Virus record (IMG/VR): IMGVR_UViG_3300010400_000004
Coordinates: 1-64,000 of that record
Source of the DNA: a virus
Reading direction: 5' to 3' (one strand)
DNA: 64,000 bases
How positions within the stretch are numbered: position 1 is the first letter of the stretch; every line of letters begins with the position of its first letter. Shown piece by piece: positions 26,957-36,779 of the stretch. Below the pieces are notes generated by a model. The model was not told the origin of the DNA and made no database searches. It was given only the letters and a program-made list of their open reading frames with translations. The position numbers were made by a program, and so were the translations under genes.

Positions 26957-29022
26957 AATCGCGATTTGTTTTCTCCGGTCTCAACGAAGCATTTAATCAT
27001 GCCGTCCTTTTGTAACACTTCAAGAAACCGGTTGATTTGTTCGAGTTTGTAACCTCTGAGCAAAAAATCATTCATCGGATTGCTGTTCAACAATCGGGCG
27101 AGTTGTGTGAGAGTGCCGCGCCACTCCGTTGCCTCCGGAGTCTGAGCGAAAAAGTCCTTGAGTTGTTCGAGTAAAATTTCCTTAATCGGAGCTGCCCTGC
27201 TGGTCTGGTGTGTTTGGTCAATCAAATGGGCGTCGTGATACGGCAAATACCCGTATCGACCGTCCCGCGCAATGTAATCGGGCGGAGTCCAGGCGAGGGC
27301 ATAAGCACAGAGTTGCGGCAATTCCGTCTTGAGCCTCTTCTGCAATTCGTATCTCTCGGGAAAATCGATTTTATCGGTAGTGCATCGATACACACAGGTT
27401 TTCTCCGCCGAAGAGTTATCGAGTGATCCGAGTATCCTCGAACTGGTAAAATCCATATTGGCGGTGATGCCAATTCTACCGGCCCACTCAACTGTTACAG
27501 GAACCCGGAATTTTTCGTTCACTCGGAATTCTTGATTCGCTGCCGCCTTTTTCAGCATAGCACTAAACCGGTCGTGAGCACTGAGAGAATTGCCCGGGGT
27601 CTCGTCGTCGATCGCCCACAACGGAACGTGATAGTTTTCTGAGCCAAAGTCGTCGCCCTGCACAATATATTTCGCGGCATCCACGAATCCTCCGACAGTT
27701 GCTCCGACAACATGCCGAAGCGCGAAGGTCTTGCCGCGATTCGCTACACCGAGGATGAAAATATTCTGTCCTGGACGGGGCAATAATTCGTATCCGGAGG
27801 TGTAAAAATGCTTATACCATGCAAGGAACCATTCGAATTGAATCGGCCCGAAAAGCTGTTTGAGGAAATCCAGCACCCACAAATTCTCCGAGTAGGTCTC
27901 ACTCGGACGCATCACGTTGTTACGCCAAGTGTTCAGGACTTTCCGATGATTGTATTCGATTAAGCCCGGTGTGCGATACACGAACGGAGCTGCACCGACC
28001 ACCCGGGCGTTTTCGTGAAGATGAAATAGCGTGTCTTCGATTTTCTTCTCAGGAATGCCGCAACCTTTCTTGAGATAGATTTTCATCGCTGATTCGTTCA
28101 CCGATTGATAAATCCCATCTATTTTTCGCCAGTAAGCTTGCCCATCGTGGTAAATATCTAGCGTTGCTTTTGCGATTGCGCCTTCATTGATCTCTTTGAC
28201 GAAATCTTTGCCGAGGATTTCCGACCAGGGATAGAAGGGTTTACTTGCGTGAGCACTGAAGGTAAGCATGCCTTCAGCTTTGATAATGGCAGAAAGCGGA
28301 CTAACCGATTCGGCAATCCAAAAACTCGGCCCCTGTGTATCAAGATCAAATGCCGAGGGCCATGAAAAACCTGGGAACCTTTCTTTAATCGCCGCTTCCA
28401 CCACTTCAAGAGGGATTTCGTTTCCTTCGGGGGCTTTGAATTTGAACTTTTTGATTGCTTCGACATAGAATGACTGTAGTTGAATTTCACTTACGGCATC
28501 GGGCGAACCAAGAACTTTACGCCAAGCCGCTCCGTTACAGTAAAGACGGGTTGGGTTTTCAAAAGCTGGCGAATCGAGACCCGGAAGTAGATCGAGAGAA
28601 AGCCACTTGCGAGCCATCTGAAGAATCCAGACAGCAAAGTCTGTGGTTTCAACCGCCATCGGACGAGACAATAACCAGACGAGACGGCAATTACCTCCCA
28701 AGGATCGTTCGATCCACTGAGGCTTGATGGACATGGATGCCACGGCTTCGTCGATTCTATCATCGGGGATTCGGACATCGTAATCGGCCACGAAGGCGTG
28801 AATGAACTTGGCGGGGTTATCTTTACTGAGTCTTTGATTGCAGTTGGCGGGTTCGATGGATGTGTAGAAGTTCCATTTTGTGTTATGAGTTCTGTAAAAA
28901 ATTTGTCTCTCATTTTTATCCTGTTTTACTTTTTCGGATGGCATCTGATCTGGTTTGTATTCCCAAGGAATACAGGGGACCAGAACCTTCTCAATTAAAT
29001 TTCCACAGGCAAAGAACTTCAT
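26935..29022 (-). CDS. Primase-polymerase (AEP-like) fused to SF3 helicase
   Basis: N-terminal FVADYD (DxD) and SLGGNCRLVW; Walker A GVANRGKT, Walker B AIDDE, N.KF, TAN. Confidence 0.75.
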   Translation of the reverse strand: MKFFACGNLIEKVLVPCIPWEYKPDQMPSEKVKQDKNERQIFYRTHNTKWNFYTSIEPANCNQRLSKDNPAKFIHAFVADYDVRIPDDRIDEAVASMSIKPQWIERSLGGNCRLVWLLSRPMAVETTDFAVWILQMARKWLSLDLLPGLDSPAFENPTRLYCNGAAWRKVLGSPDAVSEIQLQSFYVEAIKKFKFKAPEGNEIPLEVVEAAIKERFPGFSWPSAFDLDTQGPSFWIAESVSPLSAIIKAEGMLTFSAHASKPFYPWSEILGKDFVKEINEGAIAKATLDIYHDGQAYWRKIDGIYQSVNESAMKIYLKKGCGIPEKKIEDTLFHLHENARVVGAAPFVYRTPGLIEYNHRKVLNTWRNNVMRPSETYSENLWVLDFLKQLFGPIQFEWFLAWYKHFYTSGYELLPRPGQNIFILGVANRGKTFALRHVVGATVGGFVDAAKYIVQGDDFGSENYHVPLWAIDDETPGNSLSAHDRFSAMLKKAAANQEFRVNEKFRVPVTVEWAGRIGITANMDFTSSRILGSLDNSSAEKTCVYRCTTDKIDFPERYELQKRLKTELPQLCAYALAWTPPDYIARDGRYGYLPYHDAHLIDQTHQTSRAAPIKEILLEQLKDFFAQTPEATEWRGTLTQLARLLNSNPMNDFLLRGYKLEQINRFLEVLQKDGMIKCFVETGENKSRLWIFPKQ

Positions 29023-29498
29023 CGAAAATTCGGGGCTGCAAATTTTCCAAAATATTTCTTGGCTGCACGGTCATACGCAATGGCAGCTTCTTTTTCATTA
29101 TGAAAGTAACCTAAATGGAAATGCCGTCCACCCATCCTAAGACCCGCCCTCCATTTACCGGCGAAACGATTCCAGCACACCCCCCGATATTTTGACGACT
29201 TCCTAGCTTGGGGTTTTTGAACAGACATGTGGTTTTGACTGTTAGTTGCTATTCGTATTTTTCTCCGTCGATTATCGAGACCGTTTCCGAATCTATGATC
29301 GACCTCAACTCCGGAGGGAGCGTTCAATACTTCCCGATGCATTAAGACTAGATTCGGTTTCTCTCCTTTAGGACGGTGCCGTGCAGCATAAAACTGCTGG
29401 CCCATTTTAGAAGCATACCATTTGTAACGATTCAACCGGTGAAAATCTCGATTATCCACCATCGCAAATTTTCCTTGCGTCAAAGGTATTAGTTTCAT
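29019..29498 (-). CDS. HNH-AP2 homing endonuclease
   Basis: IPLTQGKFA.VD, MHR, VDH..GNGLDNRR...AT.SQN, SKYRGV, LGYF..E.EAA.AYD. Confidence 0.92.
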   Translation of the reverse strand: MKLIPLTQGKFAMVDNRDFHRLNRYKWYASKMGQQFYAARHRPKGEKPNLVLMHREVLNAPSGVEVDHRFGNGLDNRRRKIRIATNSQNHMSVQKPQARKSSKYRGVCWNRFAGKWRAGLRMGGRHFHLGYFHNEKEAAIAYDRAAKKYFGKFAAPNFR

Positions 29499-29499
29499 G

Positions 29500-29694
29500 T
29501 CAGTTCTTCGCTATCGACGCCAGATGCCAAACAAAATCGTGCATCAGAATTAGTTCGCCATCGATCATTGCTTGCGCGTAATCTTTACCTTTTACGCGCA
29601 CAAGATGCCATTTGTGTTTGTTTATCTGTTCAAACAAATCGTCGTCCACGGTTGCTTGTTTTCCGTTACCATTTACTAATTCTATTTTTTTCAT
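29500..29694 (-). CDS. Truncated HNH-endonuclease N-terminal domain
   Basis: A.VDDD.FE..NKHKW...YA...MH matches the N-terminus of HNH-AP2 enzymes but ends before the catalytic DH. Confidence 0.55.
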   Translation of the reverse strand: MKKIELVNGNGKQATVDDDLFEQINKHKWHLVRVKGKDYAQAMIDGELILMHDFVWHLASIAKN

Positions 29695-29696
29695 AT

Positions 29697-31682
29697 CTAC
29701 TTTAAATAATGCAGAACCTCTTTTGCCTCGGCTTTCACTGGCAACCCGGCGCACCATTCCGGACACTCCGACATGATGGTTTCAACATCGTGTTTGGTGA
29801 TGTGTTGGTCCGCTTCGAGGATCGCTTCATCGTGGCTGGAAAATAAAATGTCAATTCCGGATGTGGCATGCAGGGTTAATAAGTGATCTGAAAATACGTC
29901 TCGCGCCATTCCTTGAGTAACGTTGGCTGTAAAAGCTCCCCCATAGTATTCAAAACGTCTGCCGCCGATTTCGCATGTAAACACTGTTGACAGTTTTGGT
30001 TTGCCGTCCTGGTCCGGTTTTATCCGTCTCTCACATCGGACTTTTTCATACAATAGCGCACGTCCATTCGGGAGAACAACTCTAAAGTCTGAGCCGACGC
30101 TGCGTTTAAACATTGCGTCAAGTCTTGCCCAAATGCCTTTTTCTTTGTCAGCAATCAAAGGATTTTTAGACCGATAATCAGCTACAATTTCTTTCGATTT
30201 TTTTCCATACCCACTGATACGAGTGCCATCCGGCAATTCGATCCATTCGGGGTCTTCGGCTGTTAAATCCGTGCCCGTATAGAGGGCACTCATCGCTATA
30301 AATTTTTCCCAGCCAGCCCCATAACCGAGTGCCAATTCTCTCGCCTTCGCTTCTGCATAAAGCAGCGGATTTTCTTCCTTCAAATCGCCCCCGGTCCACC
30401 CAAGGTTCGTTCGAGCGTGCGCTTCGTAAATACTCATGCCGCCGCGAACCCAATCTAATTTTGCGGTATCTTTAGCAAGCCACGCAAGACACCTTGGCTC
30501 GATTTGCGACAAATCAGAAACAATCATCTTCTTTCCAGGGCGCGGTATTACGAGGTGTCTGAAATCAATCGGATACTTTACCCACTCCGGAAAATTTCCC
30601 TCTTTTTTCTTTTGTTCCAGTGCTGCTTTGATTAGTTTTTCATCGGTCTCCATTACTCCGAGTTGATTGCAAAGAATCGGTTCTTTTCGCATGTTTTGCA
30701 TGTTTATCTTTGCATCTCCGCTCCACCTGCCGGTAATCGCACCGAAATACTTCAAACCAAAGGGCATCGTTCCGTCCGAGCGAATTCTTTCCTTCACCGT
30801 GAGAAAAGTTTTGTAAAGCTTGTTGATCGATCGCCAGCTACTCAAAGCACTGATCCAGGGATTAGCATCTCGATATGTATTTTCCCATTCTTCGTAAGCC
30901 TCTTCGCCCTCATGCGCTTTTACCGGAGGTGACGGAATGCCGACTCTCCTACACTGCTCTGCAATACATTTTGTGGAAGTCGGGGCTGTATCGAAGTCCT
31001 CCCAAGTGTCCTCGTCGCTTCCGTCGTCTTCGAGCCAAGGCAACAGTTTTTCGGTCGCCAGCTTCATTGAATGACTCTGACAAATGTAGGTATCGAGCAG
31101 CTCAGTATTGATCTGCACTCCCCGCATGCCCTGGTCGATTGTCATGTTCGATAATCGCTTTTCTTTCTCGGGCCATTTCGCAGAGTGATCGACCCAAATT
31201 TTTCGACACCAAAAAGGATCGTTGCGCGAATACTCCAGCATGATTTTTTGCTGTTCCGGCGTGAAGTCTGCGGGCCATTTTTTACCATCCGAGCTGTCGC
31301 GAGGGTCTTTGGACAACTTGATTTTGTAGAGGTATTCGAGTGCCTGAGAGAGTGATCTTCGATTGCAGAGGTATGCGGTTAAGTTCGCACTACAGTGCCA
31401 CTCCGCATAAGCAATTTTTGGTGCCCAGCCGCGAGTCACCATTTCATTGTAAACGGTATTGTCGAAATATCGATTATGACTGATAAGCGTTGCCCCTTCT
31501 AGGCACGACCAATTAAAGTCTCTCGGAGAACCGGCCCAGCAACTTGCGCCGTCTGAGACAGAAATTAAATACGGATCAAAGAGGGAATGCTTGCAGTATT
31601 GCTCTGCAATCATCTGCTTCAAGCCGTATTTCAGGCGTTTTGAGAAGTAGGTCTCAAAATCGACCCCGAGGATTTGTCCCAT
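29697..31682 (-). CDS. polA: Family A DNA polymerase with 3'-5' exonuclease
   Basis: Exo DFET, HN.YFD, Y..ND; TGRWSG, N.QN; motif A DLSQIEPR; motif B KARELALGYG; motif C HDE. Confidence 0.93.
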   Translation of the reverse strand: MGQILGVDFETYFSKRLKYGLKQMIAEQYCKHSLFDPYLISVSDGASCWAGSPRDFNWSCLEGATLISHNRYFDNTVYNEMVTRGWAPKIAYAEWHCSANLTAYLCNRRSLSQALEYLYKIKLSKDPRDSSDGKKWPADFTPEQQKIMLEYSRNDPFWCRKIWVDHSAKWPEKEKRLSNMTIDQGMRGVQINTELLDTYICQSHSMKLATEKLLPWLEDDGSDEDTWEDFDTAPTSTKCIAEQCRRVGIPSPPVKAHEGEEAYEEWENTYRDANPWISALSSWRSINKLYKTFLTVKERIRSDGTMPFGLKYFGAITGRWSGDAKINMQNMRKEPILCNQLGVMETDEKLIKAALEQKKKEGNFPEWVKYPIDFRHLVIPRPGKKMIVSDLSQIEPRCLAWLAKDTAKLDWVRGGMSIYEAHARTNLGWTGGDLKEENPLLYAEAKARELALGYGAGWEKFIAMSALYTGTDLTAEDPEWIELPDGTRISGYGKKSKEIVADYRSKNPLIADKEKGIWARLDAMFKRSVGSDFRVVLPNGRALLYEKVRCERRIKPDQDGKPKLSTVFTCEIGGRRFEYYGGAFTANVTQGMARDVFSDHLLTLHATSGIDILFSSHDEAILEADQHITKHDVETIMSECPEWCAGLPVKAEAKEVLHYLK

Positions 31683-31793
31683 AAAATTTGTGGGCGGTCT
31701 CTCCCGCCAGTCACGGTGTCCGGTATGGCGCAATTCTTTGCCGTTAGTATTTTCCGGCTCACGCTCTGGCTGTCACCGTTTAACCGTTAAGTT

Positions 31794-32003
31794 CTAAGAC
31801 GCTCCGCCGTTCCATTTAAGCGGATCGAGCCGACTTTCTAAGTTTGCCACTTCTTCCTTCAGGTTCACAACTTGTTTTTTCAGTTGTTCAACCTGGGTGT
31901 CAACGATGAGTAATTCCTTGTCGAGCCGTTCGATATTGAAACATACCGGGCAGCGGTCCGACTCGAAAAGCACCGGATCATGGCCAGCGTGACAGGTCTT
32001 CAT
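31794..32003 (-). CDS. Hypothetical protein (Cys/His knuckle and coiled coil)
   Basis: C..GH...CPVC then heptad repeats; ATGA-coupled. Confidence 0.55.
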   Translation of the reverse strand: MKTCHAGHDPVLFESDRCPVCFNIERLDKELLIVDTQVEQLKKQVVNLKEEVANLESRLDPLKWNGGAS

Positions 32004-32308
32004 TCGGGCACCTCTTCCACAAGTTTGACGATGGAGGCTTCTCGATTCGGATAGGCCCGATTTTTAAAATCAAGGGCATCTTCCCGAAGGACAAAAAATT
32101 GACTTAATAGCCCGTATTCCGAAATATCCAGGGCGTATCGAACCCGAGGTTCCGGCTTGATTCGATATTCACAGCGCGGATTTTCGAATCCGAGGTTTTC
32201 TCCGTTCAACCAAATATCATTAGATTCTGGAAACCGATATTGAACAGGTTTTCCTTCAGCATAAGCCGTGATAAACGGCAACATTTTCTTTGCGTGTTCT
32301 CGTGTCAT
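32000..32308 (-). CDS. Hypothetical phage protein
   Basis: I.AYAEGK.VQ...W...F...EYRIKP pattern common in phage ORFs. Confidence 0.6.
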   Translation of the reverse strand: MTREHAKKMLPFITAYAEGKPVQYRFPESNDIWLNGENLGFENPRCEYRIKPEPRVRYALDISEYGLLSQFFVLREDALDFKNRAYPNREASIVKLVEEVPE

Positions 32309-32658
32309 TGGTTTAGTAGTTGTTCGGAAGTTTCGAGGACGGTTCGAAAAAATTCGAGATAATCTTTACGGCATACCACGTTTACTTGTAGCAGTGCCCG
32401 GGCTGCGGTGTCTCGCATCTCTTTGATCTGAGCATGAGATTTGCCCAAGTCGATTGGCTTTGCTGATGATCCACTTATCGATGTTTCATCGAGTCGTTTA
32501 TTCGGTCCGAGATTGCTACATGCCGTCCGGATCGTCGCTGAGACACTGGCGTCGAGCGCAGTAAGAAAACCCGGGCCGGATTGGTTGCCAAGACCCTTGA
32601 CTAATTTTTTCACCGCCGAGGTGACGATGAATTCCGGTTTTGATGTTTCTTCACTCAT
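32305..32658 (-). CDS. Histone-fold protein (bacterial/phage histone-like) with helical C-terminal extension
   Basis: FIVTSAVKKLVKGLGNQSGPGFLTALDASVSATIRTAC...NKRLD matches the short-alpha1, long-alpha2, basic-loop pattern of bacterial histones. Confidence 0.6.
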   Translation of the reverse strand: MSEETSKPEFIVTSAVKKLVKGLGNQSGPGFLTALDASVSATIRTACSNLGPNKRLDETSISGSSAKPIDLGKSHAQIKEMRDTAARALLQVNVVCRKDYLEFFRTVLETSEQLLNQ

Positions 32659-33277
32659 TGTCGTCGCCTTCCTCTTTCGTTCCAGCCGGTTCGAGCTTCT
32701 GCAAGCAGCTCGGACAATCCGGGGCACCGATGTCGAGCCACTTTTGCGTTATCCGGATCGTGTAGCCGCAACCTCCGCATTCGCATTTCAGAAGTCGCGT
32801 CGATTGTTTCTTGCCGGGTGCCTTGAGACCGTTGAGTGGCGAGTGCGGATATTCGCCAAGCACCGCCGTCCATGTCGAAAACTCCGAAATCAGTTTTTCG
32901 CCCGCGTTGGTGGAGGTAAGTTTTCCTTCCAGACCGACCGCCCGAGCGCACTTTCCGAAAACTTTATTGTGACCTTCCTTGTGTCCGACTACAGCGTGGA
33001 CAACCTCGTGAACGAGCGTTGCGAGGACTCCCGTGTCCGAGTCGATTTCCTCAATCGCGGGACTGATGAAAATCTGCGCGGCCTTTTTGTCGGCACTTGA
33101 TGTTTTCGACCAGCATTCACCGAGGACTCGTTTCTTGTTCGCCAAACCGCCGCGCACTGGCCAGCCGCACGCAACTCTCACCTGGGGCACTTCGTATCCT
33201 GAGGCTTTGAAAAGGCTCGTCATCGCGCCGACTGCCGCCTGGAGCCATTCTTCCCGAGTTTTGTATTGTTTGCTCAT
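32651..33277 (-). CDS. SprT-like zinc metalloprotease
   Basis: TLVHEVVH...GH...F; C-terminal C.C..CGY...CP.C. Confidence 0.8.
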   Translation of the reverse strand: MSKQYKTREEWLQAAVGAMTSLFKASGYEVPQVRVACGWPVRGGLANKKRVLGECWSKTSSADKKAAQIFISPAIEEIDSDTGVLATLVHEVVHAVVGHKEGHNKVFGKCARAVGLEGKLTSTNAGEKLISEFSTWTAVLGEYPHSPLNGLKAPGKKQSTRLLKCECGGCGYTIRITQKWLDIGAPDCPSCLQKLEPAGTKEEGDDNE

Positions 33278-33480
33278 ATTTTTTGTGGAACGTAATTCGC
33301 TAGTTCGTATTGAATTTCCGGCCATTGTTTTCGGCAGTCATCGAGGAAAGTCTCTGCTGCTTCGACAGACTGCCCGATATTACAATACCACACCTCGCCA
33401 TTTTCCTTGCGCGTGCATCGAATCCAGTAGCATTGACTGGCTGGCAGAATTTGATCCGCCTTCATCGGTTCCCGGTTCAT
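33274..33480 (-). CDS. Hypothetical protein
   Basis: ORF packed between neighbours. Confidence 0.45.
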   Translation of the reverse strand: MNREPMKADQILPASQCYWIRCTRKENGEVWYCNIGQSVEAAETFLDDCRKQWPEIQYELANYVPQKI

Positions 33481-33481
33481 G

Positions 33482-33781
33482 TTACTTGCTCCCGTGTTCA
33501 AGTCCGCGAAAATAGGCTCGCACGGTGGGATACCGGCCAGCCTGCAAAAACGACTTCGCGATGTCCACCGACAATTCAGCGATAGCGCGGAGGTTGGCCT
33601 TGTAAAGTTTCGAAACCCAATAGCTTTGGTCTGCGATTGCGCGAACCTGATCGTAAGCAATCACGCTTAGTTTCGCGGGATTCTGCTGTTCAGCGATTTT
33701 CTTTTCGGCAAACTGCAACCAGTCAATTGCCACCATCGAAGCCACCGCTTCCGCGTATTTTGAATTGTGTTTTTGTTTCAT
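33482..33781 (-). CDS. Hypothetical protein
   Basis: ATG after an A-rich leader, 99 aa. Confidence 0.5.
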   Translation of the reverse strand: MKQKHNSKYAEAVASMVAIDWLQFAEKKIAEQQNPAKLSVIAYDQVRAIADQSYWVSKLYKANLRAIAELSVDIAKSFLQAGRYPTVRAYFRGLEHGSK

Positions 33782-33827
33782 ATTTTTTTTTGTTGGTCGT
33801 TTATTCGACTTCACTACTTATCGCACC

Positions 33828-35660
33828 TTATCCAACGAATGTCAAATGTTTCTTTGCCCGGGTCAGCGCCACGTAGTAAATATTCGCTTCCTCGTCTGAC
33901 CGCCCAGGCTTGAAAGTCGCCTGGAGAAGAAATACTCGACTCCACTCTAAACCCTTGGCCTTGTGGACACTAGAGAGAACCACAGCGGGTTTCGCGGTCT
34001 TGCTGTCGGAGTCTTGGAAAAGGCTGTAAATTCTTGACTCGATGTCACTTACACTCGAAGCGTCTTGCGCCACTGCCGCGAGGGTTTCAACAGTATCGTT
34101 GACCTGGGCGATCTTCGCTTCCGCATTCTTGCCGACTGCCATCCGTTTGCGTTGCTTTGTCGCCCAAGAGTCGAGCTTACGGAAAAAGTCTGGAACCGAT
34201 TTCGCCCTGAGTTTCCTCACCGTGTTAACTAGTTGGGCACCAATGTCCCGGCCTTCAATTCTGGCGGAAACGCCGCGTTTCAGCAAATTCAAGCAGGTGG
34301 ACATTAAAGGCGCGTTTAAACGGCTGAGGATCGCGTCCCCGATAACCGCGTGTTCGACGGCGGAGACAACCTCGTCAACGATACCCTCCGGAGCACTCGG
34401 GGCAGCGTTGTAATCGGGCACGATTTCAGCCGCCAGAGCCACTACAGCCTTCGGGCAACGGTAAGTGGTGGTAAGAGACAACTTCGTTGCCGAAAGCCTC
34501 TCCTGCATCATCCTCATTCCATCCTGAGCCGCTCCACGAAACGCATAGATCGCTTGGCGGTCGTCGCCCACTACGCAAATCCGGCCTCCAGGCAAGCACG
34601 CCCGAATCGCCATTTCGAGCTGAGGGACATTCATGTCCTGGCATTCGTCAACCACGACCAGCGGGAACCTGGGGAAAACCCAATTCATCGCGACTGGCAA
34701 CCAGACCATATCGTTGAAGCTAATTCGGCCTTCAACATCTCGCTCTTTGGCCAGTTCCAGGGCGGTGAATGCGACCGAGGCGAGGCGAGCCACTGTCCAG
34801 CCGCCGTCTTCAGGGGCTTCACTGGCGGAGAAAATACCCTTGTCGTTCGCCAAGTCGATCAGAAGATCAATTGTGGGCGAAATCAGGGTATTCTTGGCGA
34901 AAGCCACAAGACGTTCAACGCAACCGGAGACTTCCTCCGGAATTCCAGGGCAGGCGGCTTCGATCCGGGCCGATTCAACCGATGAGTCGGGCTTTACACC
35001 CGGCCAAACGGTTTGAATGTAAGAAAACCCAAGAGAGTGTTCGGTCCGGATTTCAACTCGCTTGTCCTTGATTTTGCGCTCCGCTTCGATCTGGTTTTTC
35101 TTGTTGAAAACGAGATACAAGGCGGAGGACTCCAGGGCATGCTTGAAAGCTTCTTCGATGGTGGTCGTTTTGCCAGTCCCGGCACGAGCACCGACAACCG
35201 CATTGCCAGTGCCCGACGCAAACCAAGCGAAAATCGCCTTCTGCTCATCGGACCAAATTCGGGAGGGAGTAGAGGGAATCGAACCCTCTACGCCTGCGCT
35301 CAAACTATCAGTGCCAGTCGAGGCACCCGAGACGCTTGACGACTGCACAGGCACGGAACCATCCACTCCCACTGAACCGACAACCGATACGTTGGAGTTG
35401 TTTGTCTCCTGTGCGATAGAGTGAGTAGTCGCACTCGTATCGGTTGTCGAGCCAGTAGTATCTAACGGTTTCTCCCATAGCAGCACCGACCAGTCGCCGG
35501 TTTGCTTGTCCTTGTCGCAACTAACGCCCTCTGCTTTCAGAGCCGCTTTATTCGACCTCCAGGCAACCCAAAAAGCCGGTGTAGGATTCGCCTTGCGGAG
35601 ATTGCCAACCCTCGTGAGTTTCGGCTCGCTCCATTTCAGATTCAGTCCGTCGATCAACAT
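33828..35660 (-). CDS. UvrD/Rep-like SF1 helicase with N-terminal accessory domain
   Basis: WSDEQ, ARAGTGKT, VDECQD, VGDDRQAIYAFRGA, TYRCP, SVHKAKGLEW, YVALTRAK. Confidence 0.93.
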   Translation of the reverse strand: MLIDGLNLKWSEPKLTRVGNLRKANPTPAFWVAWRSNKAALKAEGVSCDKDKQTGDWSVLLWEKPLDTTGSTTDTSATTHSIAQETNNSNVSVVGSVGVDGSVPVQSSSVSGASTGTDSLSAGVEGSIPSTPSRIWSDEQKAIFAWFASGTGNAVVGARAGTGKTTTIEEAFKHALESSALYLVFNKKNQIEAERKIKDKRVEIRTEHSLGFSYIQTVWPGVKPDSSVESARIEAACPGIPEEVSGCVERLVAFAKNTLISPTIDLLIDLANDKGIFSASEAPEDGGWTVARLASVAFTALELAKERDVEGRISFNDMVWLPVAMNWVFPRFPLVVVDECQDMNVPQLEMAIRACLPGGRICVVGDDRQAIYAFRGAAQDGMRMMQERLSATKLSLTTTYRCPKAVVALAAEIVPDYNAAPSAPEGIVDEVVSAVEHAVIGDAILSRLNAPLMSTCLNLLKRGVSARIEGRDIGAQLVNTVRKLRAKSVPDFFRKLDSWATKQRKRMAVGKNAEAKIAQVNDTVETLAAVAQDASSVSDIESRIYSLFQDSDSKTAKPAVVLSSVHKAKGLEWSRVFLLQATFKPGRSDEEANIYYVALTRAKKHLTFVG

Positions 35661-35666
35661 GGCGCT

Positions 35667-35694
35667 AATATACACGAGACTGAATCACGTTCAA
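35667..35694 (-). promoter_or_regulatory. Promoter TTGAAC-N16-TATATT, leaderless to the helicase ATG
   Basis: ATG lies 6 nt after the -10. Confidence 0.6.
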
Positions 35695-35705
35695 CAACTA
35701 TTTTG

Positions 35706-35740
35706 AAAAAAGTTAGCCGATCGCATCCCGACCGGCTAAC
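35706..35740 (-). terminator. Intrinsic terminator
   Basis: GTTAGCCGGTCG-GGATG-CGATCGGCTAAC then T6 on the - strand. Confidence 0.8.
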
Positions 35741-35768
35741 CACTTGAACCCGAGCAGCTTAAGACAAA

Positions 35769-36626
35769 TTAAGCAGATACCGGCTGCACGATATTCCGAA
35801 TGAATTCCAGCACTTCCGGCGACGTAGGCCGAAGCGGTGTAGCGACAGGAACCGGTGCCGTAAAAGCGCCATCCGGCAACTTGAATTGCTTCGGCTTCGT
35901 CGTCAGTCCGAAGGCATGCGTGTAATATCCGCCGCGCAGCAATCCCATCAGCCGGTGATAGTTGAAAACGCCCTTGACAGCCTCAGTGTATGCCGATCCC
36001 TTGCAAGACCAGAATCCGATGGTGAATTGTTTGTCTCCGACAGGGAAACCGAAAACCGCTCCGCCGTCGTTGACATGCGCGGGCTTTTCGATTGCCACGA
36101 GAAGTTCAACGAGAGGCTCGAATCGACGCATGCCTTCGCCCTTCTTCAGATTCCACTCTTTGTAATCGAGTGTGCCGCCAGCGGCACGAACCTCTGCTTC
36201 GCTATCCACAATTTCACCGCCCATGCCACCCTTGATTTTCTCGGAAAAACGTTCGCTCACGATGCCGAGAACGTAAATCACGACTGGCGGCAGAGCCGCT
36301 TTCTTGATGACGCCTTGCGCTTGATCGATCTCGGGCGGAGTGTAGAGAATCGTTTCCTTGCCGAAAACAATTGCGCCAGCGGGAAAAGATTTTCCAAGTT
36401 CGCCAACTGAATACACGATATTCAATCGCGGGAGCGTAACGTCCTTGAACCCTGGCAGACGATCTCCGAGCCGGAACGCATTCGCGCCCTGAGTGGCCGG
36501 GACAGAGTGAGTGGTTGTGGTTTCGACTTTCACGTCAGCGACGGGAGTGTTGACCACTTGCTTTGTTTCCTCTACCACCGGTGCCGGTGCAGAGCCGTTA
36601 TCATTTCCGAATTTTACTTCAGGCAT
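35769..36626 (-). CDS. Putative single-stranded DNA-binding protein
   Basis: DVTLPRLNIV...G.IV pattern; position in the nuclease-SSB-helicase-PolA module; inference. Confidence 0.55.
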   Translation of the reverse strand: MPEVKFGNDNGSAPAPVVEETKQVVNTPVADVKVETTTTHSVPATQGANAFRLGDRLPGFKDVTLPRLNIVYSVGELGKSFPAGAIVFGKETILYTPPEIDQAQGVIKKAALPPVVIYVLGIVSERFSEKIKGGMGGEIVDSEAEVRAAGGTLDYKEWNLKKGEGMRRFEPLVELLVAIEKPAHVNDGGAVFGFPVGDKQFTIGFWSCKGSAYTEAVKGVFNYHRLMGLLRGGYYTHAFGLTTKPKQFKLPDGAFTAPVPVATPLRPTSPEVLEFIRNIVQPVSA

Positions 36627-36670
36627 TTTAGTTTTGTGTTAGTTGTTTGACCGACATTTTCAAATAGTTT

Positions 36671-36775
36671 CGGGGAGCCGGTTTCAGCCGAGTCCCCGGC
36701 GACTGTTACGCCGCTTGCCTTACAGGGCATTCGGGTTTTAGCTCAACCGACTGTAATCGATGAAGCGTTGTCCCC
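36671..36775 (-). ncRNA. Structured RNA / 5' leader of the SSB candidate
   Basis: Nested stems CGCUU/AAGCG, UUACAG/CUGUAA, UCGG/CCGA, then GGCG/CGCC and CGGGGA/UCCCCG hairpins; no ORF. Confidence 0.5.
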
Positions 36776-36779
36776 AAAT

